Assembly: GCA_951406725.2 (NCBI GenBank)
Contig: OX597821.1
Span: 9,424,001 to 9,488,000 of the forward strand
Reading direction: 5' to 3'
Source: Octopus vulgaris
Taxonomy: Eukaryota
DNA: 64,000 nt
Shown in pieces: positions 14,462 to 27,849 of the stretch. The notes under the pieces are model-generated. The model saw nothing but the letters and a program-made list of their open reading frames with translations, made no database searches and was not told the DNA's origin. The first letter of the stretch is position 1. Every line of letters begins with the position of its first letter. The translations under genes and the position numbers were made by a program.

Positions 14462-14700
14462 GGAGTTGAACGCAGAAACTATTCAAATTCTTTTACTTTG
14501 GGCATATGTTTCGAATACAACATTGGTTCTATGCAGTCATCAAAATTGTTAAAATATCTTGTTGTTGAGATAGGTTCTCTTTCTTAGCTGATGAGAATAT
14601 TGCATTTTACACCGTTTATTCATTTGGAATAAAACCAATGTTATCTTCGAATGTCGAATGTAAAAGAATTTGAATAGCTTCTGCGTTCAACTCCATTTAT
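14458..14700. repeat. Diverged fold-back repeat next to (TA)n with decayed hammerhead remnants
   Basis: AAATGGAGTTGAACGCAGAA...TTCTGCGTTCAACTCCATTT; CTGATGA-GAATA at 14589; TATTC-GAAAC-ATAT on the minus strand of the left arm. Confidence 0.7.
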
Positions 14701-14854
14701 TTACTTATACTATACATATTGCTGCACATTAACCCGGACTTTCTACCTTTGAATAGGTCGCTACATCCTTGTTACTTGCTTGAATTTTGCTACCATGGTA
14801 ACTGTTTATCGAATTTTCCATGTTAACGGTAAACAAAGGATAATTCATTCATCC

Positions 14855-14926
<72 letters not shown>

Positions 14927-14989
14927 CATACTTTTAAGTTCATGTTTATATAAATTACCTTGCGAACAGACTGAATAATAATAATAATA

Positions 14990-15630
14990 ATAAATCATTG
15001 CCCGTATCGCAAACAAAAGCCCTAGACTTGCACCAAACCAATACAAATTCTGGCAACACGATGAGGTAACAAAATTGCCACGCTGAAAACTGTGCGAAAT
15101 GTTAGGGCTAGAGAGACAATACATAGTATGAGCACATAGACATTTGCAGGGTTGAAGACCTGCAAAATCCTATGGGGCTTCCCAATCGAAACATATCAAG
15201 TGCAAGAGCACAACGGACTGCACCAAGTGTTGTTGGACATTACGCACCACGTGAACTATATAACTGATGTTGCGCCCCAGTGTGACCCACAAATAGTTAG
15301 GAAGGAAAGTAAAAAGATAGATATATATACAATCCTCTGGGGTACGAAATATCTCAGCTATGGAAAATGCAGAAATAGAAAACAGTGGCAATTATTGCTG
15401 GTTCGTTGGGGACAATATCAGAAGGCAATAAGAGAAATATAATGGAAATCGGAATAGACTGATCAGTAGAAATGTCGCAAAAGATTTGCCTACTTAGCCC
15501 GGCCAGAATAATCAGGAAAGTTTTTAGTTAATTGAAAAGAACAGATGGCATGATACTGTGGGCTGCAGGCAGCAGAGCCACTACGCAAGCAAGACTCCAG
15601 GATTTCCAACACAATCTGTGTAATAATAAT
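14990..15630 (+). mobile_element. Decayed R4/Dong-like LINE 3' fragment flanked by (TAA)n
   Basis: RHD-like and KILWGFPIET..EHN..PD-like RLE remnants; starts after (TAA)n and ends in TAATAATAA. Confidence 0.65.
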
Positions 15631-15770
15631 TACAAAAGCATTTTAATATGTAAATTTTATCAGGGAGTGTACATAATAGAAAACACCTCTTACTGTCAAC
15701 TTAAGATTACACTATCATCTTATCATCAAATTACTTTAAATCAAACTTTTAATTTTTCATGTTTTGACAG

Positions 15771-15789
15771 ACACTCTCCAGAACAATAA
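15771..15789 (+). CDS. Probable terminal coding exon
   Basis: Pyrimidine-rich ttttgacag acceptor; phase-2 join gives R-HSPEQ-stop; AATAAA at 15901. Confidence 0.5.
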
Positions 15790-15929
15790 CCTGAGCCAAA
15801 CCAAATACATGGTACCCTAGTCATAATACCGTCTCAAATATCTAACTTATTCTGTGTTTTTTGGGTCTCTGAGTCTGAGATGGAATGAAATTGTACAAAG
15901 AATAAACAAAAGTCAAACGTATAATTATA

Positions 15930-18900
15930 ATAATAACAAGATTCAGCACCACGCTGAATAACAAGATTCAGTACTGCGCTGAATAACAACATGGACAACA
16001 AATCTAGTCTAATAACATCGGTTGAGTGAGAAAACGGAACCTGTGGAAGACTTGAAGGAAGCGGACCTTTAAAGAAAAAACTTCACAAAGAACGAAATTG
16101 TACTGCCATAAAAAATACAGTGAAAAATTCATAGGTTTAAAAACACCGCAAAGAAACAATGCCGAGAGATAAATCTGTCACCCCACCAAAAACGTAATAG
16201 ACGATTACAGATCTGTTAGCTAAGGACGCTACGTTACAAGCAATGCTTTCCATTCACAGAACTGGGAAGTGGTGTTGTCTCGAAAAGTTAACACTAAACA
16301 GATAGATCCATACCCTAATGTCAACGACCAAGCTCATCATATCTCAGTGATAACAAAACAAAACACACGCATGATCATCCGTCAACTGGGGAACTAAGGG
16401 CCGCAAACGTTTGTGAGGAACTAGACTGGGTGTAAAAAAAAATGCGCTACTGGTTAAAATCTTCCCGAAACACAGAAGCTGGAAGTACTCCTCAGCAGGT
16501 ATATTCCAAGAGATGGCCATCCACGCTTGTCATCAAATAACCAAAAGGAAAACAATGAAAAATGATCAAGGGCAGATAATAAAGAAGTTCTTAAGACCCG
16601 TCTGAACACTATATGCAACATCTTAACATCCATACAAACTGAAAGAATATACGCTTTCCTTAAACAGAAGTTTATCCTTTTACAAGCTCAAAAAAGGTTG
16701 TAAAAGGAATTCGTATGGTTTGCAAAATCAATTACTTATGAGAAAAATGATTTAAAAAATTGCCGGAGCAAAAATAAGAACCTGAGTAGGGCATGGATAG
16801 ACTACAGGAATACGTTTTATAGTGTCCCACATACTTGGATACTCAAGGCCCTTTAGATATATAACACCTCACCTGTAATTTCCAAATTCTTACAAGGTAG
16901 CATGCCCAAGTGGAACACACGTCACCTTCTAAACAATAGTAATGGGTGGAGCCAAACTACCAAGAACATCAAACGAGGCAGCTTTCAAAATAAGTTACCC
17001 TCCCAATTACCTTTTTTGCATGGCACTCATCCCACTCTCAAACGAACTAAATAACACCAGGTATGGGTCCACAGTTTATAATACGACAATAAAACTTCTA
17101 TTTTATATAGATGATCTGAAGCGGTTTGCTAGAAATGACGAAGAGCTTGTAGGGCTGCTAACAACAGTGAAAGAGTTTAACAATGATATAGGGATGGATT
17201 ATGGCCCTGGTAATTCTGCCAAAGCAACTTTTTAAGATGCAAGCATAGGCAAACAGCTTCCATTAAATTAGATACCAACGCTATCATCAAGGAGTTTGAC
17301 TAACAAGAAAGTTATAAATACCTGGGGATAAATGAAAGACATGGCATACAGAATGGGGGAAACTACTATGAGAAGAAGAATAAGAAAATAGTAATACACA
17401 ATAAGACGCATGCTAAAAATGAAATCAACTCAATAAGTCGCATGGAAGCCTTTAACACCCTGGCTCTTCCAGTTGTCCAATATAGATTTAACATCATTAA
17501 CTGGAATCTTACAGAGATCCAACGCCTGGACAGGAAGGCAAGAAATATACTAACATTGAAGAACATGCACCACCTAAATCAGGAAAGTTTATTTAACTGA
17601 AAAGAACAGATAGTGTTATACTGTAGGCTGCAGGCAGCAGGGACTTGGTCGTCTGTACTTACCTAGAAGTAACGGAGGACGATGAATGATGCAGGTAGAA
17701 CTGTTCTATAAGACCTCTATAATAGCAATGAACAGACACCTATCTAATACAGAGGACTAGATGCTGAGGCTTGGGTGCAAACACGAAAGCAGCAGAAAAC
17801 CACATTCTATTGTCAAAGAAGCTTTGCAAAGTCGGAAGAGAACTTAATATTAACCCTGAAGAATATGGAAACACTATCGCAAAACAAGCACAACCTATCA
17901 AGCACACTGTAAACATGAATGGGCGGAAACACATTGAGGAGCGGTGGAGCCAGGTGTTGTAAAATGCTGATGTAGACCTTGCAACAACCCAACGGTGACT
18001 GAGAATATCAGGACTAAAAGCAGTGACTGAAGGTTTCATATTGCCGGCTCATTTTCAATGCTTGCTTACAAAAACTACCAGACTAATGTTCTTCAAAACA
18101 CTAAATGCAATTTCTGTGGCACATTTGATGAAACAATAGACCATCACGTCTCGGGGTGTCTGCGCTGACACCAAACAAATACAAAAATCGAAACGATAGA
18201 ATAGAACATTATTTCCATTTGGAAATATGGAAACATTACAAAATCTGCTTTCCTGCTTACTGGAATGCACAACATAGTGAACCAGCCGTTGAAGGTAAAA
18301 ACGTCACTATCCCCTCGGATTTTCCAGTCAACACTGACAGAACGAACTAGGATAATCAGCCAGACATAATTATTACAGACAGGGAATAAAATGCTTTTAG
18401 ATTAATACATGTGAGTATTCCCACTGATAAAGATATATGTGTAAAGGAGTTTGAGAAATTAAGTAAATATAAATGACCTAGAAATTGAAATACAAAAGAT
18501 GTGGGATCTTAAAGCGACGACTGTTCCTTTTATTCTAGGTGCCCAAAGTATGATAAAAAAGTGATGTCAGAAACATCTAGGAAAGATTTCAGGAGAACAT
18601 GCCGGAGAGTGGTCCATGCAATTGTGCTGACAAATACTGCCAACATCCTTTGGAAAACCCTATCCATTTAAAAGTGTTGTATTACAGGAAGATATTTTGC
18701 TACTGCCCCTGTTCCTTCCCTTCCCCCACGCTTTCAGTCATACTGTAACATCTTTTATCCTTCAGTCACCCTAGAACGGCAAGGAATTTGGTTAGTAAAT
18801 ATAACTACTTGGGAATTGAGATACAGAAAACGTGGCTTCTCAAAACGAAAGCTGTGCCTGTTTTTGTAGCTGCTCTATGTATGATAAAGAAGGGATGTCA

Positions 18901-19000
18901 GAAACATTTGGATTAGATCCCAGGAGACCATGTCTCAGAGAGATTCAAAAGATTGTGATGACAAGTACTGCACACATTCTTAGAAAAAAACATATCCGTT
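15930..19000 (+). mobile_element. Decayed R4/Dong-like LINE (RT+RLE) with many stops and frameshifts
   Basis: WIDY..FYSVPH, LFCMALIPLS, LFYIDDLK, NTLALPVVQY and RLE remnants paralleling ORF 21882-23105; second 3' piece at 18870-18995. Confidence 0.85.
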
Positions 19001-20949
19001 TAAATGACTGTGTTGTATTACACAATTTACATTTAAATGACTGTGTTGTATTACACGCGTACACAATTAAAGGAATAACAATATCAAACAAGAACAATAT
19101 AGCAACTGAAGTTCCCCAATAGTGGGGTAAACACCTGGAGTTGGCTGAGGTACCCCGCCAATGCTGAAACACACGAAGCTTCGTGGGTATCCCGGAAGGA
19201 CACCCTTCTCCCTCTCAAATTCACTTGCCTCCAAGCGCATTATCGTGCTAGTTCCACTCACACGGATAGACTTCTCTATCCACACTCATCTTTCTTTCCA
19301 AGGGAAATTTGAAACGGCCCATGAACGAGATGCCGAACTAAAAAGAGTCTGTCTTCAGTCATTTTTCTGGGTTCTTTTGAGCAGGATGGGCCACTCGATC
19401 TGAAAAGAAAATACTAACTAGGATTCACGTTCAAGTTCATCCGCTGTTTAGTTTGATATGCGGTCACCATGTCGCGCACATATGGCTGTGATGCATGTGC
19501 CCGTTCTATCACACGGTTTGTCACTTTGATGGAAGTCATTGCCCTCTCCCTTTTTGTCTGTCTGTCTGTCTCTATGTCTCTGTCTCTCCACGATACTATG
19601 AATTTTCATCACATAAAAATAATATCGGTAAGTACAAGAGTAATAATAACCATTTGTCTGACGAGAAGAATCAAAGAAGGAGGGCAAGTAGGAGAGGGAG
19701 AAAGAGTAGAAGAAGAAGATTGGGATTTCACGGAACGTAATAGCAATGAGCAATGTTTGTAATATCAAATTCTTTCCGATATTGCAATTCACTTGATATA
19801 TCAAACTACCAGCATCTTAACTTCTCTCGAATATATTCGTATTTCATGATACTACGCATCCATAGAATATAAGAAATTTTATTACGGTAAAGTCCGTATA
19901 TATATATATATATGTGCGTGTGTGTGTGTGTGTGTGTGTGTGCGTTTGTATTATTAAGTTGAGAAGGAAACTTTGATAAAACTTAATTTATAAAAGAGAT
20001 ATTAGATTTTGCTGCGAAAATAGCTTCCACAAATTTCTAAACCATCTGTCAATTGATAGTTTGAAATAAAGTAATGAACAAATGCTGAATAAGGAGGTCT
20101 TACACATAATTTAAGCTGACGTCGATTTATTTTAATTTTTCTATGTCAGAACAAAATATCTGATTCAGTTAATATCCAAAGTCATTTCTTAATAATATTA
20201 TAGGATATTCTTCCCTAGTAAGACTAAACCGGAAATGGCAACGAACGACCAGGTAATTCATAGATTTAAAAAATTGCATTTGAATGAAATTAATGGAAGA
20301 TTTCTTTTTGTCCTATTTATTGTCTATCCTACTGGCTAAGCTACAGGTGGTTGCTATTTTTAGAGATGCAGTGGCTCTAATATACTAATATGTATTTTCA
20401 GTTATTTCTTCATGAATTTGTAAATCACAGATCATGTTCCTGCCTACAAATTAAACGCGTGACTTACGAAAGACTCGCTACATTGAACATTCCTCTTTGA
20501 AACTGGGACTCAATTGATTCAGATATGTTTTCCATGCAATATTTTATTCTGGACTTTATACACATTATTTCTGGAACCGATTGAGTGGGAATGAGTAACT
20601 AGTGAAGCATTTCACGTGATATGATCTAACCTAGTTTAAACCATGTGAAATACATACGCGTACACAGTTATACACACAGTACAAACCCAAAGACTTAGAT
20701 AAGTTTAGCTGGACAAATATCTGAAACTCAGGGGAAAAAAGTCGGTTCCGCAAACGGTTTCACTTACTAAGGAGCGTAACGCAACCCCTGGTGGTCCAGA
20801 AATCGAAATTACAATCTTCCTCGAAGCATACGTTTGGGATTGATAAAATAAGATCAAGCGGAGCACTGTCGTCGATGTAATCGACTACCACTTACCCCAA
20901 TTTCAGAGCTTGTGCTAGAACTTGAAACTATATTATTATCATTATTATT

Positions 20950-21405
20950 GAGTGAGAGAGCAGTGCATGCCATCAGGTGACACTGGGGTAAAATATACGA
21001 AGCCCAGTATACCCATGATGACTACCCGTCTGATAGGTGTACACCAGGCGCATGCATCACAACCAAATGTGCGTGACATGGTGATCCCATATCAAGATAA
21101 ACAGCGCATGACCTTGCAGGTGGGGTCCAGTTAGAATTTTCTTCTGGTCGAGTAGCCCATCCCGCTCAAAAAGGTCGCTGAATAAGGATTGTTTAAGGAT
21201 GTTGAACAAAACACCCATGTTTCCAAAGGTGAATTATCCAAACCTCCAAGAATTCCTCTCAACACACGGCTATGAAGCTTCCCCATTTCTTCTGCTCATG
21301 ATCAGAGATGCACATATCATCAGCCACTAAAGGACATGCTCAACTGATTAAGGGCAAAAAACTGACAAGCAAATCTGTGGTATTGAGCAGAATATTTCAG
21401 AATAT
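20950..21405. repeat. Interspersed repeat bounded by (TTA)n tracts
   Basis: Higher-GC island between TTA microsatellites; no ORF; family not identified. Confidence 0.4.
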
Positions 21406-21428
21406 TTAATAATAATATATTATTATTA

Positions 21429-21509
<81 letters not shown>

Positions 21510-21672
21510 CATTTGTTAGTGTTATTATAGGATACATTGGTAGGCCATTAAACCAAACTCAGTAGTTCGTTCATTTTTTTTTTTTTTTCAAGTTAAATTA
21601 AAATACATGAGCAGCAACAGTTCTCACATCGACAATGCTCTTCTCAATACGTGTGATGTACCAGTTAAGACA

Positions 21673-21727
<55 letters not shown>

Positions 21728-23172
21728 GTCATTTACTTTTAATCTGTATGTTTGATGCAATCACCTGCCGGGGCACACCCAGCGCCCTAGGGCAAGTGAA
21801 GGTTAAGAGTTGTTGAAATATACCTGAAAGCTTGGGGAGGGGAAGTAGAGATATATCTCCATGTAATGCAAACACAAACATTTACATTGATAGGGTTTTT
21901 CTAAGGATGTGGGCAGTACTTGTTAGCACAATCTTTTGGATTTCCTTGAGACATGGTTTTCCAGGGATATTGTCTAGGTGTTTCTGACATCCCTTTTTTA
22001 TCATACCTAGGGCACCTACAATAACAGGAACAGTTTTTGTTTTAAGATTCCACATCCTCTGTATTTCGTTTTCCAGGTCCTTATATTTACTAAGTTTGTC
22101 AAATTCCTTGACAGATACATTTTTATCAGTGGGGACGCTTACTTCTATTAGTCTGCAGGTATTTTCTTCCCTGTCTTTAACAATTATGTCTGGTCGATTA
22201 GCCTTGATCGTTCTGTCTGTGTTGATTGGAAAATCCCAGAGGATGGTGACATCTTTACCTTCAACAACTGGCTGAGGATGGTGTTCATACCAGTTAGCAG
22301 GAGTGTCTGATTTGTAGTGTTTACATATCTTCCAATGTATATACTGTCCTACCCTATCGTGGCGATTTTTGTATTCGTTTGGTGTCAGCACAGGACATCC
22401 CGAAACGAGATGGTCTATCGTTTCGTCAAATGTGTCGCAGAATCTGCATTTAGGGTCAGTACCGTTTCGCAGAACGTTAGCCTGGTAATTTCTGGTAAAC
22501 AAGCTTTGATCTTGTGCTGCCATTATGAAACCTTCAGTCTCTGCTTTCAATCCAGAGCTCTTCAGCCACTGATGGGTTGTTGCTTGGTCTACATCAGCAT
22601 TTTGGCTTCGGAGAATATATTGTCCATGCAGGGGCTTCTGGCTCCACCGCCTCTCAATTTGATTCTGCCCGTTCTTTTTTGCAGTCTGCTTGATTCGCTT
22701 TGCTTGCTTGGTAGCAGTGGTTTCCGGCTCTTCATCTGATTCAAGGTTAATGTCTAGTTCCCTTTCGAACTTATAAGCCTCCTTGACAATAGAATGTAGC
22801 TTTTTGCTGCTTTCGTGTTCGCACACAAGTCGCAGCATCCAGTCCTTTGTACTAGATAGGTACCTGTTCATTCCTACAGTGGAGGTATTATAGCACAGCT
22901 CTAATTGAATCCTTCCTCTCCCCACGCTGCTTCTAGGTAGGTACAAGCGGTCTACATCTGCCTTAGGGTGGTGCATGCTCTTGGATGTAAGTAACTTTCT
23001 TGTCTTCCTGTCCAAGCGTTGGAGTTCCGTAAGGTTCCAGTTAATGATGTTAAAACTGTACTGGACTACTGGAAGTGCCAGGGTGTTAATGGCCTCAATG
23101 TACAAGCCTTATTCTCCTATAGTATTCCTTTATTCAGTCTTCAGTACAAGTCTTATTCTCCTATAGTATTCC

Positions 23173-23174
<2 letters not shown>
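21728..23174 (-). mobile_element. Young 5'-truncated R4/Dong-like LINE inserted in (TAA)n
   Basis: Uninterrupted 407-aa ORF plus short 3'UTR; (TTA)n on both sides, consistent with known TAA-microsatellite targeting by Dong elements. Confidence 0.9.
21882..23105 (-). CDS. C-terminal part of LINE ORF: RT thumb, CCHC zinc knuckle and restriction-like endonuclease
   Basis: CRFC...ETIDHLVSGC, RHD, RPDI...IEV...K..KY (PD-(D/E)xK). Confidence 0.9.
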   Translation of the reverse strand: MYIEAINTLALPVVQYSFNIINWNLTELQRLDRKTRKLLTSKSMHHPKADVDRLYLPRSSVGRGRIQLELCYNTSTVGMNRYLSSTKDWMLRLVCEHESSKKLHSIVKEAYKFERELDINLESDEEPETTATKQAKRIKQTAKKNGQNQIERRWSQKPLHGQYILRSQNADVDQATTHQWLKSSGLKAETEGFIMAAQDQSLFTRNYQANVLRNGTDPKCRFCDTFDETIDHLVSGCPVLTPNEYKNRHDRVGQYIHWKICKHYKSDTPANWYEHHPQPVVEGKDVTILWDFPINTDRTIKANRPDIIVKDREENTCRLIEVSVPTDKNVSVKEFDKLSKYKDLENEIQRMWNLKTKTVPVIVGALGMIKKGCQKHLDNIPGKPCLKEIQKIVLTSTAHILRKTLSM

Positions 23175-23234
<60 letters not shown>

Positions 23235-23235
23235 C

Positions 23236-23524
23236 ATTCAGTAGTTTTATTTTTATAGCGTGCTTTCACTTCACTACCGAGCGCAGCTCTGTGTGCCTTA
23301 GGTATGTGCTGTGATTTGTTGTGATGCTCTGATGGTTATTGTATAGAAAGTGTTCGGCGTAGGATGTGTGCAGTGCCTAGTAGTGCAATTTTTTGTATGT
23401 TATATGTGTTTGTAAGTCCTGGTGTTTTTGTTACGTATTTGTTTGAATATTTTTATCATGCCTAATGCACCTACTATGATAGGAATTGTTTCTGCTTTTA
23501 GATTCCACATTCTGGTTACCTCTA

Positions 23525-23525
<1 letters not shown>
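23236..23525 (-). mobile_element. 3' end of a second Dong-like LINE family in (TAA)n
   Basis: Minus strand reads RMWNLKAETIPIIVGALGMIK...QKIALLGTAHILR; TTA tracts on both sides. Confidence 0.8.
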
Positions 23526-23610
<85 letters not shown>

Positions 23611-23692
23611 TCATCATGATTATTATTATTATTAATTGTAGTAGTAGCAACAAGAAGTGTAGTAGATTAGTGACAGCATCATATTCATTCAG

Positions 23693-24938
23693 ATTCTTGG
23701 TAATATGAGTTTCTAATATGACGCTAATCTTCAGTCGTTGGAAGCTGAATGAGAGTTTGACTGAAGACAGTTAAAGCTTATTACTGGCTGTTAGCCTACG
23801 ATTGCTTGGGTGAGGTCACACAGTGATGCAGTTTGATGCTGGTAACAACAACTACTCGAAAAACACCGCTTGGTGAACAGGAAATTGACCGCGTGATGGA
23901 TGGTTAATCGATCACGTGGGAGTATATTCGTTTATATGTGTACGTGTATATACCCATATATCTGATTGTATTCGTCCGTATTTATAAGAGTGTGTAATTC
24001 CGGGTTGTCGGTGGTATCGTGGCGAGCTGGTAGAATCGTTAGGGCGCCGGGCAAAATACGTAGTCGTATTTCGTCTGCCGTTACATTCTGAGTTCAAATT
24101 CCGCCGAGGTCGACTTTGCCTTTCATCCTTTCGGGGTCGATAAATTAAGTACCAGTTACGCACTGGGGTCGATGTAATCGACTTAATACCTATGTCTTTC
24201 CTTGTTTGTCCCCTCTGTGTTTAGCCCCTTGTGGGTAAGAAAGAAATAGGTATCGTACAGTTGTCACGGGGGGTACAACTATCACCCATGAACAACACTG
24301 CAAATCACACATTTCGAACACTTCTTCATGCCTGTCTACCTGCATACGCTCATCCTTTATACACAACTACCCGAGTGTATATGTAGGCGCACGTACATGT
24401 GTGTGTGCCTATGCATCTTCTCTCTATATGCATGCGTATGAATGTGTGTATACATGGGTGCATGTACGCACGTGGGTGACATATGCATGTGCACCCGTAT
24501 GTGCGTTCTTCTGTGTGGATGCGGTTGTGCATGTGTCTGTCTGTGTGTAAGTGTGTGTGTCCACACACTGATGTGTGAATGTACATTTACGCATACATGC
24601 ATATTCGTATAAGTACGGACACATACACGCAGATATATTGGTATATATATGTACATATGTTCGAATATATTCCTACATCTACTGCCACTTCGAACGTTCC
24701 TTGCCCAGCCATGCGACCGACTTCCTGTCATCCCCGCAGTGAATTTCCTGTTCACAATCCGGTATTTTCAAAGTATTTCTTGTCGCTGAAATACCAACAT
24801 CAAATTGCGACAAAGCGTGATCTTTCTCGAAGTTGTAGGCTCACGTTCTGTAAAAAGCATTGAATGTCTTCAACTAAACTCTCATTCAGTCTCTAATGGC
24901 CGAAGATTAGCGTCACGCTTGAAGCTCAGATTACCAAG
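23693..24938. mobile_element. Possible old TIR element with a nested SINE
   Basis: Diverged inverted repeats 23693-23770 / 24865-24938 (GACGCTAATCTTC / GAAGATTAGCGTC; CTGAATGAGAGTTT / AAACTCTCATTCAG). Confidence 0.5.
24021..24250 (+). mobile_element. tRNA-derived SINE family C
   Basis: GGCGAGCTGGTAGAA A-box, GAGTTCAAATTCC B-box, and central GCCTTTCATCCTTTCGGGGTCGATAAA resembling a conserved SINE central domain (probably Meta-type, from memory). Confidence 0.8.
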
Positions 24939-25029
24939 GCGTTCGAATCAAACTGTTTTGATCCGTACATGTGACTTCCAATAATTATGTTGTGTACCCG
25001 TATGTCGTTTGTCTTCTCACCCCTATATT

Positions 25030-25109
<80 letters not shown>

Positions 25110-25111
<2 letters not shown>

Positions 25112-25715
25112 CACGAGCTCGGGTTGCGGACACCACTATATTGGACAAACAAGTATGACCTTGAGAAAGAGAACCACTCTACATGAGCAAATCCGTTTCC
25201 CGCAATACAGACAAATTCCTCTCAATGAACATATAGAAAAATGTGCAGGTAACATCAAACCAAATTTCACAGCCTTCCCTTTCTACTAGTGCAAAGACAC
25301 AATCTCTCAACTACAACGTTTAAATAAAGAAACTTTTAACATTGAAAAATATAAAACACGTCTTAATATGCACTCATAACCAACTTTTATCCTTCTACAT
25401 ATTTCAATTCACGATTACATCACTGTACATAAACCCCCTACTAAACAAGGTTTTTGAAACTTGTCTCTGTCTGTACACATATATAATCTTACCCATTACC
25501 GAAAGCTGCACAGTTATCTTCCTTACCCACAACAATAACAATAATAACGACAACCAATTACCTCCCTCTATTTATCTACTTGTCAAGTTATTCACTCGTG
25601 AATTTCATCACACACAATATCGACCAAATTTCTTCTTAAGAAAAAATATATATTCAAATAAGTAAAACATAATATCATGAATAGCGATAGCGAAACCGGT
25701 CGATATATTAAAATT
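25110..25715 (+). mobile_element. Penelope-like 3' end: GIY-YIG fragment, UTR and decayed hammerhead, between (TA)n tracts
   Basis: GCGHHYIGQTSMTLRKR..LH; HHR-like ATATC-ATGAATA-GC-GATA-GC-GAAAC-CG-GTC-GATAT at 25672-25706. Confidence 0.75.
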
Positions 25716-25757
25716 ATATTAAAACTATGTAAGCGTGCACATTTCCTTTCTTAAGTT

Positions 25758-25789
<32 letters not shown>

Positions 25790-25806
25790 TATATATATAT
25801 ATATTT

Positions 25807-25885
<79 letters not shown>

Positions 25886-27811
25886 CGCACACACACATAT
25901 ATATACATATATATATACACATACAAATATGTACACACAATTTAATGTTGCCTTTTGTTTACTTTCTCTTCATAGAAATGAGTCAGCAAACGTTTCAAGC
26001 GTGTCTGTGGACAATATAAGCACAGATCTGTAGCTGCTTACAAGACAGAAAGAGAATAAATTTACCCCCACTCAACATGGGAAATATCTTTGGAACTTTT
26101 ACGAAATTGGAAATGAACAGAAATAGTGTTCTATTTCTACGAAATTGGAATGAGCAGAAATAATGTTGTATTTCTACAGCATTGCTTGTGTGAATGGGAA
26201 AAAAAATGAATTGTGATATGCTTTATTGTAATTGTTTCAGAGACACAAACTTGACAATGTTTTAATATTACATTTGCATTAAACAAAATGCTTTCTGATT
26301 TTCGCCAGTTCTTTTCTGCAATGTTTTTTGTATTAAAACGCACAAAGGAATTAAAACATATATTCTGTGATTTTTGTTTGTATTTCGCTTATTACACTTC
26401 TTGGTTCCTGGTACATTCTAGGAATGATATAATACGACATAATATCGATATCATGTAACGGTTTCCACTTATGTCCCAAATGTAACCAACAACCCGCCAT
26501 GAATGTCAATGCATCGCATGTTACCCCATTGCTTTTCGACGAACTGACTGAAAGTAATATAGATATTTCAACGATATTATACTATTCGAAATACAGTTAT
26601 ACATGTTTACACGTAAACTATGTTCAGGGATATATAGTGTATTGCGAGAAGAATTTCTTCAATGTATAGAAATAATAAAGTACTGGCTGGGTTTCCTCCA
26701 GACCCCTAGCCAGTACCGATTTTGGCCAACTTTGTAGGGCACTATTTACTTAGAAACGCTGGGAAAGGGCTTGTCGATTAAAGAAAAAGAGTTCGAAGTT
26801 GCTGGTAACTATTACAATCATCACTTCCTTTATTTCAAACAGAAATTGAAATAATTAAAAAAAATAGTGATTTTTAAAACGTTTTTCATTAACCCCATCC
26901 CCACACACTATATACTAAAATTTTAATTTTCTTTCGGAATTATTTTAAATTATAGTTTATAATACGCATAGACCGAGTCTACAAATTGATTTTGTTTATT
27001 ATTTCAAAATGATTTTCAAACTAAAAGTTCTTTGATTTAAGGGAGATTTAGCTGTTATTTTTAACACATCTAACGACAACCTAGTACCTCCTTATTTCCT
27101 TTGTCGCTTCCACATGTATTAATTTTTTCAATATTTTCTCCTCATAAAAAAATTTTGGGAATCATGATGCGGAAGTAACTGTTAGCCCAGGTGTGGCTGA
27201 TTACTGGGATTTAAGAAGCAATAGCGATAACATAAAAAATCTAACATTTTTAACCACTTCACCGCATCAAGCGTGAAGCACTATATTTGCACTCGTGTGT
27301 GCGTTTATGGTTAGCAAAATCAACATACTAACAGAAAAGTAAGGCGATATATATATCTTTTACACACCCATTTTTAAACCAATCTGTGGCCTAAAGGAAT
27401 CCTTTACGCACATACACACGTACACACACACATTTTGTAGGTAATATTTGAGTATCATAAAATTAAGATAAACATTACAGGAAAAATTCCCAAGCAAAAT
27501 GAAGAGGAGGTAGAAGATTCGTGTGAGACAATTCATATACAGACTGATCAAGCGTATCGTACATATATAGAGAGTTGGTAAGGCATAAAATAGAGAGATC
27601 GTCATGGTAACAGATAGAATGCGGGAGATATCTTGAGGTATTTCTCGAAGCAAATTATATTTGTTGATTCCTATTTACGGACAGCCTTCTCTATCCGAAT
27701 TCGAAAATCGAATTCGTCTCTCTCTACGAATCACAGTTTAAGGGTATCTTAGGGATAAACTCGTATGCATAACCACATACAATACCATTTATACAATATA
27801 TATACATACAT

Positions 27812-27846
<35 letters not shown>

Positions 27847-27849
<3 letters not shown>

